This document shows, in pieces, positions 31,823 through 47,057 of a stretch of DNA of 64,000 nucleotides. A program made the position numbers and the translations under genes. Source of the stretch: an uncultured Acidobacteriota bacterium (GTDB lineage: Bacteria; Acidobacteriota; Vicinamibacteria; Fen-336); assembly GCA_963720545.1 (NCBI GenBank), contig OY970399.1, forward strand, positions 2,272,001 through 2,336,000, given 5' to 3'. Position 1 is the first letter of the stretch. Every line of letters begins with the position of its first letter. The notes beneath the pieces were generated by a model. That model saw nothing but the letters and a program-made list of their open reading frames with translations. It had not been told where the DNA came from and searched no databases.

Positions 31823-33631
31823 AGGCGCCGTGATGGGCAAAGGCAGCACAGCACCGCCGCCTTCCTGGTCTTTGTACTGCAGCTGGTAGAGCCGCCAGTA
31901 GAGGCCGCGCTTCGCCAATAGCTCGAGGTGCGAACCGCGCTCGCGGATGCGGCCCTTGTGCAGCACCAGGATCTCGTCCACGTTGCGGATCGTCGAGAGG
32001 CGATGCGCGATGACGATGGCCGTGCGGCCGCGCAGCAAAGTGCGCAGCGCGTCCTGGATGAGCGCCTCGGTTTCGGTGTCCACCGATGCCGTCGCCTCGT
32101 CGAGCACCAGCACGCGCGGATCGTGCGCGAGAGCGCGGGCGAAGGACAGCAGCTGCTTCTGGCCCACCGACAAGGTCGCGCCGCGCTCCTTGACCTCGGC
32201 CGCGTAGCCGCCCGGCAGCGCCTCGATGAAACGGTGGGCGTGCACCGCGCGCGCCGCCGCCATCACCGTCTCGTCGCTGAGCGCCGAGCCGAGGCGGATG
32301 TTGGAGGCGATGGTGCCGGCGAACAGGTGCACGTCCTGCAGCACCACCGCGAGCGACGCGCGCAGCTGGTCCGGGTCGAGCGTGCGCACGTCCACCGAGT
32401 CGAGCGTGACCGAGCCCTTGTCGACGTCGTAGAAGCGCGACAGCAGGCTCGCGATGGTGGTCTTTCCCGAGCCCGTGGCACCGACGAGCGCGATGCTGCG
32501 GCCCGCGGCGACCGTGAAGTCGATGTCCTCGAGCACCCACTTGCCCGGTTCGTAGGCGAACGACACGTTGTTGAAGGCGACCGCACCCGCGACTTCCGGC
32601 AGGCGGCGCGCCGCGGCTGGTGCCGTGATCTGCGGTTGCGTGTCGAGCAGCACGAAAATCCGCTCGGACGAAGCCATCGCGGCCTGCAGGATGTTGAATT
32701 TCTCGGACAGGTCGGAGATCGGCCGCCAGAAGCGCTCGGTGTACTGGATGAAGGCGACCACCGTGCCGATGGTGGCGACACCCAGCAGCACCTGGCCGCC
32801 GCCGTATAGCAGGATGATGGCGATCGCGAGCGCCGCCAGCAGGTCGATCGCCGGGTAGAAGACGGCGTAATAGAAGATCGAGCGCATGTTGGCGTCGGCG
32901 TGCGCGCGGTTCAGCTCGGAAAAAGCGGCCTCGTTGCGACTCTCGCGGGTGAACAGCTGGATCACCGACATGCCCGAGAGGTTTTCCTGGATGAAGGCGT
33001 TCATGCGCGCGACGAAGCGGCGCACCTCGCGGAACGAGTCGCGCGCGCCCTTGCGGAACCAGTTGGTGACGAGGAAGAAGAACGGCAGCACCGCGAAGGT
33101 GGCGAGCGCCAGGCGCAGGTTCATGAACGCCATCGCGCCCATGATGCCGAGGAGCTTGAAGACGTCGTGGAACACCGTGACGATGCCGGAGGTGACCAGC
33201 TCGTTGATGGCGTCGACGTCGCTCGTCACCCGCGTCATCAGCCGCCCGACCGGGTTGCGGTCGAAGTAGGCGATGTGCAGCTTCTGCAGGTGCGCGAAGA
33301 TGTCGCGGCGCAGGTCGCGGATGATGCGCTGGCCCATCATCTGCAGCACGTAGGTCTGCACGTAGCTGAGGCCAAAGGCCACCAGCAGGGCCGCGAGGTA
33401 GAGGCCGCCGAGGCGCCACAGGCCGTGCGCGTCGCCGCGCGCCATGTAGCGGTCGATGCCGATCTTGGTGAGGTACGGCCCCACCAGGTCGAGAAGCGAC
33501 AACAGCACGATGAGCACGAACGAGAACGCAACCGACGCCTGGTGCGGCGCCAGATAGCGCAGCAGGCGCCGCAGCAGGCGCCAGTCGTGGCTCTTGACCG
33601 CGGCCGGATCGTCGTCGGGGCCGGCGCTCAT
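31811..33631 (-). CDS. ABC exporter subunit (MdlB-like TMD-NBD)
   Basis: TM domain, GATGSGKT, degenerate signature LSVGQ, VLDEATASVD, IAHRLST; ATG 33631. Confidence 0.9.
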   Translation of the reverse strand: MSAGPDDDPAAVKSHDWRLLRRLLRYLAPHQASVAFSFVLIVLLSLLDLVGPYLTKIGIDRYMARGDAHGLWRLGGLYLAALLVAFGLSYVQTYVLQMMGQRIIRDLRRDIFAHLQKLHIAYFDRNPVGRLMTRVTSDVDAINELVTSGIVTVFHDVFKLLGIMGAMAFMNLRLALATFAVLPFFFLVTNWFRKGARDSFREVRRFVARMNAFIQENLSGMSVIQLFTRESRNEAAFSELNRAHADANMRSIFYYAVFYPAIDLLAALAIAIILLYGGGQVLLGVATIGTVVAFIQYTERFWRPISDLSEKFNILQAAMASSERIFVLLDTQPQITAPAAARRLPEVAGAVAFNNVSFAYEPGKWVLEDIDFTVAAGRSIALVGATGSGKTTIASLLSRFYDVDKGSVTLDSVDVRTLDPDQLRASLAVVLQDVHLFAGTIASNIRLGSALSDETVMAAARAVHAHRFIEALPGGYAAEVKERGATLSVGQKQLLSFARALAHDPRVLVLDEATASVDTETEALIQDALRTLLRGRTAIVIAHRLSTIRNVDEILVLHKGRIRERGSHLELLAKRGLYWRLYQLQYKDQEGGGAVLPLPITAPSGN

Positions 33632-35367
33632 GAGACCGTCGCCACTTCCGCCTCGAGCTGCTGGCGGCGGTTGAGCTCGGAATAGAAACCGCCGCGCGCC
33701 ACCAGTTCGTCGTGCGTGCCGCGCTCGACGATGCGGCCGGCATCGAGCACCACGATGAGGTCGGCAGCCTTCACGGTCGAGACGCGGTGCGAAACCAGGA
33801 AGGTGGTGCGCCCGGCGGTCACGCCGCGCAGGCCGGTGAGGATGTCCTCCTCGGTCTGGGTGTCGACCGCCGACAGCGCGTCGTCGAGGATCAGTATGCG
33901 CGGGTCGACCGCGAGCGCGCGCGCCAGCGTGGCGCGCTGCTTCTGTCCGCCCGAGAGCGTCAGCCCGCGCTCGCCGACCGCCGTCTCGTAGCCGGCGGGG
34001 AAGCCGGCCACGTCCTTGTCGAGCTGCGCTATCCGCGACGCCCACTCGACCCGCCCACCCGGGTCTTCAGCCAGGCCGAGCGCGAGGTTGGCGCGCAGCG
34101 TCTCGGAGAAGAGGAACGGCTCTTGTGGCACGAACGCGACCGTGCGCCGCAGCGCCGCGAGCGGCAGGTCGCGGATGTCGATGCCGTCGATCGCGACCGT
34201 TCCCGGCGGCGGCTCGTAGAGGCGCGGGATCAGGCTCACGAGCGTCGACTTGCCCGAGCCGGTGGCGCCGAGGATCGCAACCGTCTTGCCCGCGGACACC
34301 TCGAGGTCGACATCGTGCAGCACCACGCGGCCGTCGGCGTACGCGAACGTGAGGTTCCGGAAAGACACGGCGCCGGCAAGCGGGCCGGTGGCGAGCGGCG
34401 CATGGTCGCTGATGCCCGGCGGCGCGTCGAGGATCTCGAGGATGCGGCCCATCGAGGCATCGCCACGCTCGAACAGGTTGATGACCCAGCCGACCGCGAT
34501 CATCGGCCACTGCAGCATGGCGAGGTATGCGGAGAACGCCACGAAGTCGCCGAGCGTCAACTGCCCGGTGGCCACCATGCGCCCGCCGAGGATCAGCACC
34601 AGCACCGCGCCGAGGCCCATCAGGAACTGGATGCCGGGATAGAGCGCGCCGTAGAGCTTGATGAGGCTGCGGTTGCGCTCGACGTACTCGTCGTTGGCGG
34701 CGTCGAAGCGCCGCTGCTCGTAGTCCTCCTGCACGTAGGCGCGCACCACGCGCGCGCCCGAGAGGTTCTCCTGGACGCGCGTCGCGAGCGTCGCGAGCTG
34801 CTCCTGCACCCGCTCGAAGCGGTCGTGGATGCGGCGGCCGTAGCGGCGCACCAGGAACGAGACCAGAAGCAGCGGCACCAGCGCGGCCCCGCACAGGAGC
34901 GGCGAGAGGCGCGCCATCAGCGCCATCGCGCCGAGCGCGGTGGCGACGGTGTTGGCGGTGTACATGATGCCGGGCCCGAGCACCATGCGCACCGCCGACA
35001 GGTCGCTCGAGGCGCGGCTCATCAGGTCGCCGATGCGGTGCTCGTGGTAGTAGCTCGCGTCGAGCCGCGTGAAGTGCGCGAACAGGTCGTTTCTCAGCTC
35101 GAACTCGATGTCGCGGCTGAGACCAACGAGCGTCATGCGCATGAGGTAGCGGAACACGCCCTCGAGCACCACCAGGCCGATGATGGCCGCGGCGTAGAAG
35201 AGGAGCTTGTCGCGCGTCAGCAGGAGAGTCAGGTCGTCGATGGCGCGCCGCAGGATCCAGGGCGAGGCCACCGAGAACAAGGTGGTGACGACGAGGAAGA
35301 CGATGCCGCGCACCAGTGCCCCACGGTAGCGGCGCAGGTACGGAAGGAGGCGGCGCAGGGAACGCAT
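33628..35367 (-). CDS. ABC exporter subunit (MdlA-like TMD-NBD)
   Basis: GATGSGKS, LSGGQKQR, degenerate Walker B ILDDALSAVD; ATGA-coupled to its partner. Confidence 0.9.
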   Translation of the reverse strand: MRSLRRLLPYLRRYRGALVRGIVFLVVTTLFSVASPWILRRAIDDLTLLLTRDKLLFYAAAIIGLVVLEGVFRYLMRMTLVGLSRDIEFELRNDLFAHFTRLDASYYHEHRIGDLMSRASSDLSAVRMVLGPGIMYTANTVATALGAMALMARLSPLLCGAALVPLLLVSFLVRRYGRRIHDRFERVQEQLATLATRVQENLSGARVVRAYVQEDYEQRRFDAANDEYVERNRSLIKLYGALYPGIQFLMGLGAVLVLILGGRMVATGQLTLGDFVAFSAYLAMLQWPMIAVGWVINLFERGDASMGRILEILDAPPGISDHAPLATGPLAGAVSFRNLTFAYADGRVVLHDVDLEVSAGKTVAILGATGSGKSTLVSLIPRLYEPPPGTVAIDGIDIRDLPLAALRRTVAFVPQEPFLFSETLRANLALGLAEDPGGRVEWASRIAQLDKDVAGFPAGYETAVGERGLTLSGGQKQRATLARALAVDPRILILDDALSAVDTQTEEDILTGLRGVTAGRTTFLVSHRVSTVKAADLIVVLDAGRIVERGTHDELVARGGFYSELNRRQQLEAEVATVS

Positions 35368-35441
35368 GGCTGCTAGAGGAGGACGATTCTACGGGCGGGA
35401 GTGTTCAAGGCGGGTCCGCGGCGGGCGACGAGGCGGCTTGG

Positions 35442-36200
35442 CTAGCGTCGGCCTTCGAGCTGGCGGGCGGCGCGCAGCAGCCGCGGCAGCGACTTCTTCT
35501 CCCAGGCGAGCGCTTCCTCGTGGCGGGGATAGCGCGCCTCGGCCTCGCGGAACGCTCGCGTGTGATAGACCGTGCGGCCCGACTTGTCGGCGACGCCGCC
35601 CATCTTGTGGTGCAGCATCTCGTGGTACAGGACGCTCTCGACGAAGCACAGGGGCACGTCCTTCGAGTCGAGCACCGGATGGATGCGGATCAGCGCCAGC
35701 ACCGGGTCGTAGCTGCCGAAGGTCAGCCCGCGCCGGCGCGCGCGGCCGGTGCCGCGGCCCCAGGTCACCGGCACCTTGAGCGCCGCGCCGAAGAAGGCGG
35801 CGTTGAGGCGCGCGAACAGCTGCTGCAGGTCGTAGACGCGGCCCTGGGTGTTGAGCGGCGGCAGGCGCCGCTGGCTGCGGCGCACCAGGTGCAGGTTCTC
35901 GTTCATGAAGCGGCGCACTTCCGCCGCGGTGGCGCGCCCGCCGCGGCGCAGGCCGCGCGCGATCGCCGAGGTCACCGACAAGGGCGCGTGCAGGAACATG
36001 CGGTGCAGGCGCAGGCGGATGCCGTCGCTTCTACGCGTGAACGACAGCAGCACCGAGCGGTTGTCGGTGAGCGTCAGGCGCAGCGCGCGCCGCGACTCGC
36101 TCGCCAGCAGCGCCTCGAGCGCGCCCGCGTCGCGCGGCACGGCTGCGCCGCTCTCGAAGCGCAGCGGCAACTGGCGTTCGTCGGCGTTTCCCTTCGGCAT
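35442..36200 (-). CDS. SprT/YgjP-like zinc metallopeptidase-domain protein
   Basis: FGSY..IRIHPVLD..VLYHEMLH (HExxH), downstream HTRAF. Confidence 0.7.
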   Translation of the reverse strand: MPKGNADERQLPLRFESGAAVPRDAGALEALLASESRRALRLTLTDNRSVLLSFTRRSDGIRLRLHRMFLHAPLSVTSAIARGLRRGGRATAAEVRRFMNENLHLVRRSQRRLPPLNTQGRVYDLQQLFARLNAAFFGAALKVPVTWGRGTGRARRRGLTFGSYDPVLALIRIHPVLDSKDVPLCFVESVLYHEMLHHKMGGVADKSGRTVYHTRAFREAEARYPRHEEALAWEKKSLPRLLRAARQLEGRR

Positions 36201-36237
36201 CTGTCGAAGGCAAGCATGGACCCGCGCGAGGGTCGGG

Positions 36238-36873
36238 TCAAGAGGTGCGGGGGACGTAGTACTGGGTGCCGCGCGTCATCGCCTCGATCTGCTTGACGAG
36301 GTCGTCGAGGTCGCCGTCGCTGTTGACGAAATCGACCTCGGCGGTGTTCACCACCAGCAGCGGCGTGCGCGTGTAATGGAAGAAGTAATAGTTGTAGGCG
36401 CGCAGCAGCTCGGTCAGGTACTCCTCGGAAATGTCGCGCGCGCCGCGCGGCGCGCTGCCGGCGAGCCGCCGCATCAGCACCTCGACCGGTGCCTGCAGGT
36501 AGACGACGAGGTCGGGCCGCGGCAGGCTCTCGGCGAGCAGGCCATAGAGCTTGTCGAAGATCAGCAGCTCGCTGTCGTCGAGGTTGAGGTTCGCGAACAG
36601 CTTGCTCTTCTCGAAGGTGTAGTCGGCGAAGGTGGTGCTCGAGAACAGGCTGCGCTGGCGCAGCTCCTGCTGCTGGCGGTGGCGCGACAGGATGAAGAAC
36701 AGCTCGGCCTGGAAGGCGGCGCCGGCGGCGCCGTCGTAGAAGGCGGCGAGGAACGGGTTCGACTCCCATTCCTCGAGGATCGGCTGCGAGTCGCTGCGCT
36801 GCGCGAGGCGGCGGGTGAGCGAGGTCTTGCCGACCCCGATCGGACCTTCGATCGCGACGTACTGGAACCTCAA
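36238..36873 (-). CDS. Deoxynucleoside kinase
   Basis: IEGPIGVGKTSL, NPFLAAFY, AFQAELFFILSR, PDLVVYLQA; TTG 36873 overlaps the folK stop. Confidence 0.9.
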   Translation of the reverse strand: MRFQYVAIEGPIGVGKTSLTRRLAQRSDSQPILEEWESNPFLAAFYDGAAGAAFQAELFFILSRHRQQQELRQRSLFSSTTFADYTFEKSKLFANLNLDDSELLIFDKLYGLLAESLPRPDLVVYLQAPVEVLMRRLAGSAPRGARDISEEYLTELLRAYNYYFFHYTRTPLLVVNTAEVDFVNSDGDLDDLVKQIEAMTRGTQYYVPRTS

Positions 36874-37391
36874 GCGCCCACCGCCGCCGGCCACGCCTCG
36901 CCGGCGCACACCTGCGACAGGTCGCGGCAGCCGGCGAGCAGTTCCGCGACGCTCTTGCCGAGGAGCGGATGCCGCCACCCTGGCGCCACCTGCGCGAGCG
37001 GCTGCAGGACGAAGCGCCGCTCGGCGAGCCGCGGGTGCGGAACGTGCAGCGACGGTTCGTCGATCACCGAGTCCCCATAGAAAAGGATGTCGATGTCGAT
37101 GCTGCGCGGGCCGTTCTTCGCACCGCGCTCGCGGCCGAGGCGCTTTTCGATGTCGAGGCAGGCGTCGAGCAGGGCGCGGCAGGTGCCGCGGTAGCGGCCG
37201 GTGAGTGCCGCGTTCAGGAAGAATCCCTGCGGCGGCCCGCCGACCGGTTCGGTCGCGTAGAGATCGCTGCGCTTCATGCCGGTGACGCCCGCGGCTTGCA
37301 GGCCCGCGACAGCCGCGATCAGGTTCTGGGCGCGATCGCCCAGATTGGAGCCAAGCGCCAGCGCGATGGGGGTGTCGGGGGAGTCGCTCAA
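36870..37391 (-). CDS. folK: Hydroxymethyldihydropteridine diphosphokinase
   Basis: LALGSNLGDR, YATEPVG, FLNAA, GPRSIDIDIL, PHPRLAERRFVLQPL; start approximate (TTG 37391). Confidence 0.93.
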   Translation of the reverse strand: MSDSPDTPIALALGSNLGDRAQNLIAAVAGLQAAGVTGMKRSDLYATEPVGGPPQGFFLNAALTGRYRGTCRALLDACLDIEKRLGRERGAKNGPRSIDIDILFYGDSVIDEPSLHVPHPRLAERRFVLQPLAQVAPGWRHPLLGKSVAELLAGCRDLSQVCAGEAWPAAVGA

Positions 37392-37410
37392 GGCGTTTAG
37401 GTTAACCCGC

Positions 37411-37457
37411 TTGACCGCCTTTCCTGCCTCATTCGATAATGAATGGCTGTTCATTCA
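37411..37457 (+). promoter_or_regulatory. fad operon promoter with FadR(YsiA)-type operator
   Basis: TTGACC(37411-37416)-18 nt-GATAAT(37435-37440); inverted repeat TGAATG-N6-CATTCA at 37440-37457. Confidence 0.75.
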
Positions 37458-37475
37458 AGACCCTACGGAGGCCCG

Positions 37476-38111
37476 GTGGCCCGACCGCGTGACGACGGCA
37501 AGCGCGACAAGATCCTCGAGGCGGCGGTGCGTGTGTTCGCGCGCAAGGGCTACTTCAAGTCGCGGGTCAGCGACATCGCGCGCAAGGCTGGCGTCGCCGA
37601 CGGCACCATCTACCTGTACTTCCGCAACAAGGAAGACGTGCTGGTGTCGCTGTTCGACGACGTCATGGCCCGCCACCTCGCCGAGGCGCGGCGCGAGCTG
37701 GCCGCGCTGCCGGACGCGGCGGCGAAGCTGCGGCGCATCGCCTTGCACCACCTGCGCGTGTTCGGCGGCAACCGCGACCTCGCCATCGTCTTCCAGGTGG
37801 AGCTGCGCCAGTCCACCAAGTTCATGGAACGCTTCACCGCCTCCTGGCTGCAGGACTACTTCGCCGAGGTCGCGGCGGTGATCGAGGCAGGGCAGAAGGA
37901 CGGCAGCTTGCGCGCCGACCTGCCGCGCAAGCTCGTCACCAAGGCGTTCTTCGGCGCGCTCGACGAGATGGTGACGTCGTGGATCCTCTCGGGCAAAGAT
38001 TATGATCTGCCCCAGCTCGCCGAACCGATCGCGGACCTGTTCCTGACCGGGCTCCAGTCGCCGCGCAGGGCCGCGGCGCGCACGCCGCTTCGGGCCGTGG
38101 CGGGCGCTTAG
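37476..38111 (+). CDS. fadR: TetR-family fatty acid degradation repressor (Bacillus FadR/YsiA-like)
   Basis: HTH IARKAGVADGTIYLYFRNKEDVLVSLF, LAIVFQVELRQS; GGAGG before GTG 37476; first gene of the beta-oxidation operon. Confidence 0.82.
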   Translation: MARPRDDGKRDKILEAAVRVFARKGYFKSRVSDIARKAGVADGTIYLYFRNKEDVLVSLFDDVMARHLAEARRELAALPDAAAKLRRIALHHLRVFGGNRDLAIVFQVELRQSTKFMERFTASWLQDYFAEVAAVIEAGQKDGSLRADLPRKLVTKAFFGALDEMVTSWILSGKDYDLPQLAEPIADLFLTGLQSPRRAAARTPLRAVAGA

Positions 38112-38117
38112 AGGCAA

Positions 38118-42238
<4,121 letters not shown>

Positions 42239-42260
42239 GACCAAGGAACCAGGCAAAGAC

Positions 42261-43400
<1,140 letters not shown>

Positions 43401-43413
43401 GGAAGGGTTAGCG

Positions 43414-45204
43414 ATGGCAACCGATACCAGGACCCCCGTGCTCGCCGCCCGCGGCGGCAGCTTCCTCATCGAGGAGCGCCTCCCCGAAGAGGTCTTCACA
43501 CCCGAAGACTTCACCGCGGAGCAGAAGATGATCGGCGAGACCGCCGAGGACTTCATGGAAACCGAGATGGCGCCCCGCATTCCGGAACTCCTGGCGCTGC
43601 GCTACGAAACGACGCGCGAGCTGTTCCGCAAGGCGGGCGAGCTGGGCCTGCTGGGCATCGAGGTCCCCGAGGCTTACGGCGGGCTCGGCCTCGACAAGGT
43701 GTCGGGTTGCCTGGTGTCCGAGAAGTCGGCGCGCGACGGCTCGTTCGCCGTCAGCTACATGGGGCACACCGGCATCGGCACGCTGCCGATCGTCTACTTC
43801 GGCACCCACGAGCAGAAGCAGAAGTACCTGCCGAAGCTCGCGAGCGGCGAATGGATCAGCTCGTACTCGCTGTCCGAGGCCTCGTCGGCGAGCGATGCGA
43901 TGAACGCGCGGGCCAAGGCGGTGCTGTCACCGGACGGCAACAGCTGGATCCTGAACGGCGAGAAGATGTGGCTCACCAACGCCGGCTTCGCCGACGTCTA
44001 CATCACCTTCGCCAAGGTGGACGGCGAGCACTTCACCGCGTTCATCATCGACAAGGGCTCGCCGGGCGTCAGCCTCGGCGCCGAGGAAAAGAAGACCGGC
44101 ATCAAGGGCAGCTCGACGCGGCCGCTGATCCTCGCGGACGCCGTGATCCCGAAGGAAAACCTGCTGGGCGAGATCGGCAAGGGCCACAAGATCGCGTTCA
44201 ACATCCTCAACATCGGGCGCTTCAAGCTCGGCGCCGGCGTCACCGGCGGCGCGAAGCTGGCGCTGCGCGGCGCCATCGAGTACGCCAAGGGCCGCACGGC
44301 GTTCTCGCACCCGGTCAGCGACTTCGGCCTGGTGCGGCACAAGCTCGCCGAAATGGCGATCCGCCTGTTCGTCTCCGAGTCGGTCGTCTACCGCACCGCG
44401 GGCATGATCGACAGCAACCTCGAGGGCGCCCTGCCCGACGATCCCCAGGACGCGCTGCGGCGCATCGAGGAGTACGACGTCGAGTGCTCGATGGTCAAGG
44501 TGTGGTGCTCGGAAATGCTCGACTACGTGGTGGACGAGACGGTGCAGGTCTTCGGCGGCGCCGGGTTCGTCGAGGACTATCCGGCGGAGCGCTACTGGCG
44601 CGACGCGCGCGTCAACCGCATCTTCGAGGGCACCAACGAGATCAACCGCCTGCTGGTGCCCGGCCGGCTGCTGCGCCGCGCGCTGAAAGGCGACCTGCCG
44701 ATTTTCGACAAGGCCACGGCGCTGGTCGCCGAATTCAACGCGGGGCCGGCGTTCGCCGAAATTGACGGCAGCTTCCTCGCCGCCGAGACGGCGATGCTCG
44801 CCGGCGCCAAGAAGGTGGCGCTCATGTGCCTCGGGCTCGCCGCGCAGAAGCACGGCGGCAAGCTCTCGGAAGAGCAGGAGATCCTTGGCCTGTTCGCCGA
44901 CCTTGCGATGCACGTCTACGCGCTCGAGAGCGCGCTGCTGCGGGTGCGCAAGATGGCGGTCGCGCGCGGCGAAGAGCAGGCCGCACTGCACCAGGCGGCG
45001 GTGCAGGTGTTCGCCCAGGATGCGCTCGACGCAGTCGAAACCACCGCGCGCCGCTTGCTCGCTGCGATCAGCGAAGGCGACATGCTGCGTACCTACCTCG
45101 GCGCGCTGCGCCGCTTCACGCGCCGCGAGGCGCTCGACACCGTCGCGTTGCGCAGGGTTGTGGCCCAGGCCGCAATCGAAAGGGGCCGCACTCCACTCGG
45201 CTAA
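43414..45204 (+). CDS. fadE: Acyl-CoA dehydrogenase (long form)
   Basis: GGSFLIE, KYLPKLASGE, LNGEKMWLTN, VQVFGGAG, RIFEGTNEINRLL; 596 aa. Confidence 0.9.
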   Translation: MATDTRTPVLAARGGSFLIEERLPEEVFTPEDFTAEQKMIGETAEDFMETEMAPRIPELLALRYETTRELFRKAGELGLLGIEVPEAYGGLGLDKVSGCLVSEKSARDGSFAVSYMGHTGIGTLPIVYFGTHEQKQKYLPKLASGEWISSYSLSEASSASDAMNARAKAVLSPDGNSWILNGEKMWLTNAGFADVYITFAKVDGEHFTAFIIDKGSPGVSLGAEEKKTGIKGSSTRPLILADAVIPKENLLGEIGKGHKIAFNILNIGRFKLGAGVTGGAKLALRGAIEYAKGRTAFSHPVSDFGLVRHKLAEMAIRLFVSESVVYRTAGMIDSNLEGALPDDPQDALRRIEEYDVECSMVKVWCSEMLDYVVDETVQVFGGAGFVEDYPAERYWRDARVNRIFEGTNEINRLLVPGRLLRRALKGDLPIFDKATALVAEFNAGPAFAEIDGSFLAAETAMLAGAKKVALMCLGLAAQKHGGKLSEEQEILGLFADLAMHVYALESALLRVRKMAVARGEEQAALHQAAVQVFAQDALDAVETTARRLLAAISEGDMLRTYLGALRRFTRREALDTVALRRVVAQAAIERGRTPLG

Positions 45205-45278
45205 CCGGTTCTGCGACAATCCCCCGGGCGGCTCCTGGGACTGTGGGTTGCAGCCGCCTGCAAAAGAGGGGTAGCCAC

Positions 45279-47057
45279 ACGTCCACCGACACCGTCCCTC
45301 GCGAACGACGGCGCCAGGAAGCCTCGGAAGCGTCGGTATTCGCGCTGTCGATCCTGGTGCTGCTGACGCTTTGCACGCCGTGGGCGCTCGGCGGGGTTTC
45401 GCCGCTCTCGGTGCGCCTCGTGACGCTCACGGCACTCGGCGCCGCGGCGCTGGCCCTCGTGCTTTCGGCGCGCACCGGCATGCTCGTGCCGGCAGTGCCG
45501 GCGTGGCCGTTCCTGGCGCTCGCGGTTTTCGGCCTGCTGCAGCTGCTGCCGCTCCCCCAGGGCCTGCTGCGAATCGTCGCTCCCGGACCGGCGGCGGTCT
45601 GGTTTCCCGCCGAGCCCGCGGCGGCCGCTGTCCTCGCCGGTAGTCGCGGCAGCATCTCGGTCTCGCCCGACGCGACTCTCGTCAGCGTGTGGCTGTTCGC
45701 CGCACTCCTGGCGCTTTCCTTCCTCGCGGGTCCGGCGGCGGCCGCGGTGCGCGGCGGTGCCGACATCGTCGCGTGGGCCGTCGCCTTTTCGGGAGCGGCG
45801 CTCTCCGTATACGCGATCGTGGCACGGGCGCTCTTCGGTCCGTTGCTCTACGGCCGCTTCGCGGTGCCCACGATCATGCCGTTCGGCCCGTACGTGAGCA
45901 AGAACCATTTCGCCGGCTACGTCGCGATGGCCGCGGTCCTGAGCCTTGGCCTGCTGTTCGACATCGCCGACAAGGAGCGCACCACCCGCTCGCCGCTTTC
46001 CTGGATCGACAGCCCGCGCGCCTATCGGGTGCTGCTGTGCGGCGCCGCGGTCGTGGTCATGGTTGCGGCGGTGCTCGTGTCCTTGTCGCGCGGCGGCGCG
46101 ATCAGCCTGGCCGCCGGCGTTGCTGTGTTCCTGGCGCTTCGGTCCTTCGGCGCCCGCCGACCGCTGCGCGTGCTGGTGGCGGTGGCGCTCGGCGCGAGCG
46201 CCCTCGTGGCGGTGCTGCCGCGCGACGTCCACCGCCGGCTCGCGACCCTCGGCGACACCACGGGTGCGCCGGGCGAAGCGGCATCGTTTCGGCTCGACAC
46301 CTGGCGCGACACGCTGCGGCTCTCGTCCACCAGCCCGATGGTGGGTTCGGGTCTGGGCGCCTTCGTCGACGCCCTGCCGCCGGCGAAGCGCTCGGGCGAG
46401 CGCTTTCGCATCGAGCACGCCGAGAACGACTATCTCGAGTGGCTCGCGGAGACGGGCGCCCTGGGCCTGCTGCTGCTCGGCTGCGCCGGATGGTTCCTGG
46501 CGGGCGCGACGCGCACCCGCCTGGCCGGCGGCGCGGCCACGCAGCGCACGCTGCTGCACGGCGCGCTCGGCGCCGTCGTCGTCTTCCTGGTGCACAGCGC
46601 CGTCGACTTCACCGCACGCGTACCGTCGAACGCGCTGCTGTTCGTGCTGCTGCTCGCGATCCTGTGCGGCACGTCGGCGCGCCGCGCCGGCAGGGCGCAG
46701 ACGCTCGCCATGGCGGCGGCGCTCGCGGCGGGCGCGCTCTGGCTGTGGCGCGCGCCGTCGCTGCCGGTGCCGACGCCGCGTGCCGACGCGCTCGCCGCCT
46801 CGGCCATCGGCGATCCGGTGGCGCGCGGCCTGCGGGTGGAGCGCGCCGAGACGGCGCTGGTTACGGCACTGCACCGCCGCCCTGCGGACGCCGAGGCGTG
46901 GTTTCTGCTCGGCTGGGTGCGCTACGCACAGGGCCGCAATGCCGAAGCGGCCGCGTTCGCGCGCCGCGCCCAGGAGCTCGACCCCTCGCGCACGGCGCTG
47001 CGCGAGCGCGCCGCGGCGCTGCTGCAGGCGGCAGGCGGGTCGGGGTCGGGACGTTGA
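45279..47057 (+). CDS. O-antigen ligase (Wzy_C) family membrane protein with C-terminal TPR
   Basis: Many TMs, GPYVSKNHFAGY, SLSRGG, GSGLGAF, HAENDYLEWLAETG, HSAVDF; TPR-like PADAEAWFLLG. Start uncertain (ACG 45279 or GTG 45243). Confidence 0.8.
   Translation, partial: TSTDTVPRERRRQEASEASVFALSILVLLTLCTPWALGGVSPLSVRLVTLTALGAAALALVLSARTGMLVPAVPAWPFLALAVFGLLQLLPLPQGLLRIVAPGPAAVWFPAEPAAAAVLAGSRGSISVSPDATLVSVWLFAALLALSFLAGPAAAAVRGGADIVAWAVAFSGAALSVYAIVARALFGPLLYGRFAVPTIMPFGPYVSKNHFAGYVAMAAVLSLGLLFDIADKERTTRSPLSWIDSPRAYRVLLCGAAVVVMVAAVLVSLSRGGAISLAAGVAVFLALRSFGARRPLRVLVAVALGASALVAVLPRDVHRRLATLGDTTGAPGEAASFRLDTWRDTLRLSSTSPMVGSGLGAFVDALPPAKRSGERFRIEHAENDYLEWLAETGALGLLLLGCAGWFLAGATRTRLAGGAATQRTLLHGALGAVVVFLVHSAVDFTARVPSNALLFVLLLAILCGTSARRAGRAQTLAMAAALAAGALWLWRAPSLPVPTPRADALAASAIGDPVARGLRVERAETALVTALHRRPADAEAWFLLGWVRYAQGRNAEAAAFARRAQELDPSRTALRERAAALLQAAGGSGSGR

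Noticed and set aside
31811..35367. Degenerate ABC motifs (LSVGQ; Walker B DD) as signs of decay
   Set aside because: This is the normal asymmetry of heterodimeric ABC exporters with one degenerate site.
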